This document shows positions 35,805 through 37,040 of a stretch of DNA of 37,040 bases, piece after piece. Location of the stretch: the IMG/VR virus record IMGVR_UViG_3300039239_000012, positions 1-37,040 of that record, one strand, 5' to 3'. The stretch is from a virus (taxonomy: Duplodnaviria > Caudoviricetes). Every line of letters begins with the position of its first letter. The stretch's first letter is position 1. The notes beneath the pieces are model-generated. The model ran no database searches. It was not told where the DNA came from and saw only the letters and a list, made by a program, of their open reading frames with translations. The translations under genes were made by a program, and so were the position numbers.

Positions 35805-35838
35805 AAGCCGCTACAACTTCAATAGCTGTAGCGGCTTT
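35804..35838 (-). terminator. Terminator-like hairpin after tRNA-Phe
   Basis: AAAGCCGCTACA-N11-TGTAGCGGCTTT inverted repeat. Confidence 0.75.
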
Positions 35839-35845
35839 CTTTACT

Positions 35846-35921
35846 TGGTGGCCTGGGGCGGAATCGAACCACCGACACAAGGATTTTCAATCCTCTGCTC
35901 TACCGACTGAGCTACCGGGCC
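35846..35921 (-). tRNA. tRNA-Phe (GAA), probable prophage attachment site
   Basis: GGCCCGGTAGCTCAGTCGGTAGAGCAGAGGATTGAAAATCCTTGTGTCGGTGGTTCGATTCCGCCCCAGGCCACCA; 76 nt, cloverleaf, encoded CCA. Confidence 0.98.
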
Positions 35922-35978
35922 TGAGCCTCAAATTATAGCCAGAAAATTGGCCTCAAAAAGATTACGGATCAATTTTTT

Positions 35979-36662
35979 TCAGGCACGCTTGCCGCGGCCC
36001 AGGTCGACGCCGAGCTGGCGCAGCTTGCGGTACAGGTGCGTGCGCTCCAGGCCGGTCTTCTCGGCCACGCGGGTCATCGAGCCGCCTTCACGCGCGAGGT
36101 GGAATTCGAAATAGGCTTTCTCGAAGCCGTCGCGGGCTTCGCGCAGCGGGCGGTCCAGATCGAAGCCCTGGTGCGAATGCGGGCCGGCTTCCACGCCGGA
36201 CAGGGCCGTGATCACAGGCACCTGGGTGAAAGGTGCATCGGCCGGTGCGGCGGCCGGGGCCTGCTGCACGGCAGCCGCCGGGGCTGCATGGTGGGCGGTG
36301 TTGCGCGCCAGGCCCTGCTCCACCGCCTTGAGCAGCTTCTGCAGGGTGATGGGCTTTTCGAGGAAGGAGAAGGCGCCGATGCGGGTGGCCTCGACCGCCG
36401 TGTCGATGGTGGCGTGGCCACTCATCATGATCACGGGCATGGTCAGCACACCGCCGGTGGCCCATTCCTTGAGCAGCGACACACCATCGGTGTCAGGCAT
36501 CCAGATGTCCAGCAGCACCAGGTCATAGCTGCTGCCGGCACGCGCCGCACGGGCCTGCGTCGCGTTTTCTGCGAGGTCCACGCTGTGGCCTTCGTCGTTC
36601 AGGATTTCGGACAGCAGGTCGCGAATGCCGAGCTCATCGTCGACCACCAGAATGTTTGCCAT
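35979..36662 (-). CDS. ntrX: NtrX-like response regulator (REC plus Fis-type HTH, no AAA+ domain)
   Basis: MANILVVDDE, LLDIWMPD, FLEKP, VAEKTGLERTHLYRKL. Confidence 0.85.
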   Translation of the reverse strand: MANILVVDDELGIRDLLSEILNDEGHSVDLAENATQARAARAGSSYDLVLLDIWMPDTDGVSLLKEWATGGVLTMPVIMMSGHATIDTAVEATRIGAFSFLEKPITLQKLLKAVEQGLARNTAHHAAPAAAVQQAPAAAPADAPFTQVPVITALSGVEAGPHSHQGFDLDRPLREARDGFEKAYFEFHLAREGGSMTRVAEKTGLERTHLYRKLRQLGVDLGRGKRA

Positions 36663-36702
36663 GTGTGTGAAAGCGCCTTGGGAGGTACTGCGGGGCGTGT
36701 TG

Positions 36703-37040
36703 TTATGCCGCCACCGCTGGTTCAGTGGCGAATGATAACGACACTTGGGCGCCCCGCACCACGCCATCTTCGACCCGGTTGGACAGGTCGATGCGGGCTC
36801 CGTGCTCGTCTGCGATCTTTTTGACCACCGCCAGACCCAGGCCGGTGCCACGCGGCTTGGTCGTGACATAGGGTTCGAACGCGCGCTGCAGGATGTGCGC
36901 GGGAAAGCCGCTTCCGCTGTCCGACACCGTGAGCCGCACGCGGCCGGAGGACTCGCTCCAGCGCGTCGTGATGCGCACGGGCGGCGGGTTTTCTGCACCC
37001 GCTGCGCGCGCCTGTTCGGTCGCGTCCTGCGCGTTCTGCA
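36703..37040 (-). CDS. NtrY-like sensor histidine kinase, C-terminal HATPase part (start lies outside the window)
   Basis: DSGSGF, FEPYVTTKPRGTGLGLAVVKKIADEHG. Confidence 0.9.
   Translation of the reverse strand, partial: QNAQDATEQARAAGAENPPPVRITTRWSESSGRVRLTVSDSGSGFPAHILQRAFEPYVTTKPRGTGLGLAVVKKIADEHGARIDLSNRVEDGVVRGAQVSLSFATEPAVAA

Larger units (their letters stand above)
1..35845. mobile_element. Lambda-like temperate prophage integrated at tRNA-Phe; continues beyond the left edge
   Basis: Tail, head, terminase, replication, cI/cro, xis-like and integrase modules in order, ending next to a tRNA 3' end; host two-component genes follow. The second att copy is not in the window. Confidence 0.95.

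Noticed and set aside
1-35845. Lysis cassette, reverse transcriptase/DGR, IS elements
   Set aside because: No holin, endolysin, RT or transposase motifs seen; lysis genes probably lie left of the window
35659-35880. N-terminal extension of the Panacea ORF in the ORF track
   Set aside because: It runs through the tRNA and terminator; the strong SD marks ATG 35658

Overview
Nearly the whole window (<1 to ~35845) is one temperate, lambda-like long-tailed prophage in GC-rich betaproteobacterial DNA (Comamonadaceae-like host, by inference). It sits at the 3' end of a tRNA-Phe(GAA) gene (35846-35921, minus strand). To the right lies host DNA: an NtrX-like response regulator and the end of an NtrY-like kinase. 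Minus strand, read right to left: cro, cII-like, ParB-like, SF2 helicase, Toprim primase-like, gpZ-like, cos region, small and large terminase, Mor-like activator, gpW, portal, protease-capsid fusion, head-tail and tail genes, tape measure, tail-tip genes. Plus strand: cI, an early operon (LPD29, micro-membrane peptides, vWA), a P22 immI-like arc/mnt/antirepressor module, three helical ORFs, xis-like and integrase. A Panacea antitoxin plus a 2-TM partner lies between int and att. The lysis genes and the other att are outside the window. Most unusual observations: (1) three 'bridge' ORFs coupled at both ends, each spanning antisense genes embedded in an operon; (2) a Panacea/membrane-protein toxin-antitoxin candidate at att; (3) a tail-tip gene split by a single in-frame TGA; (4) a structured non-coding element after the primase; (5) a vWA gene flanked by micro-membrane peptides; (6) twin late-promoter boxes and a dual-start capsid gene. 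All protein calls come from motif recognition and synteny; no searches were run.
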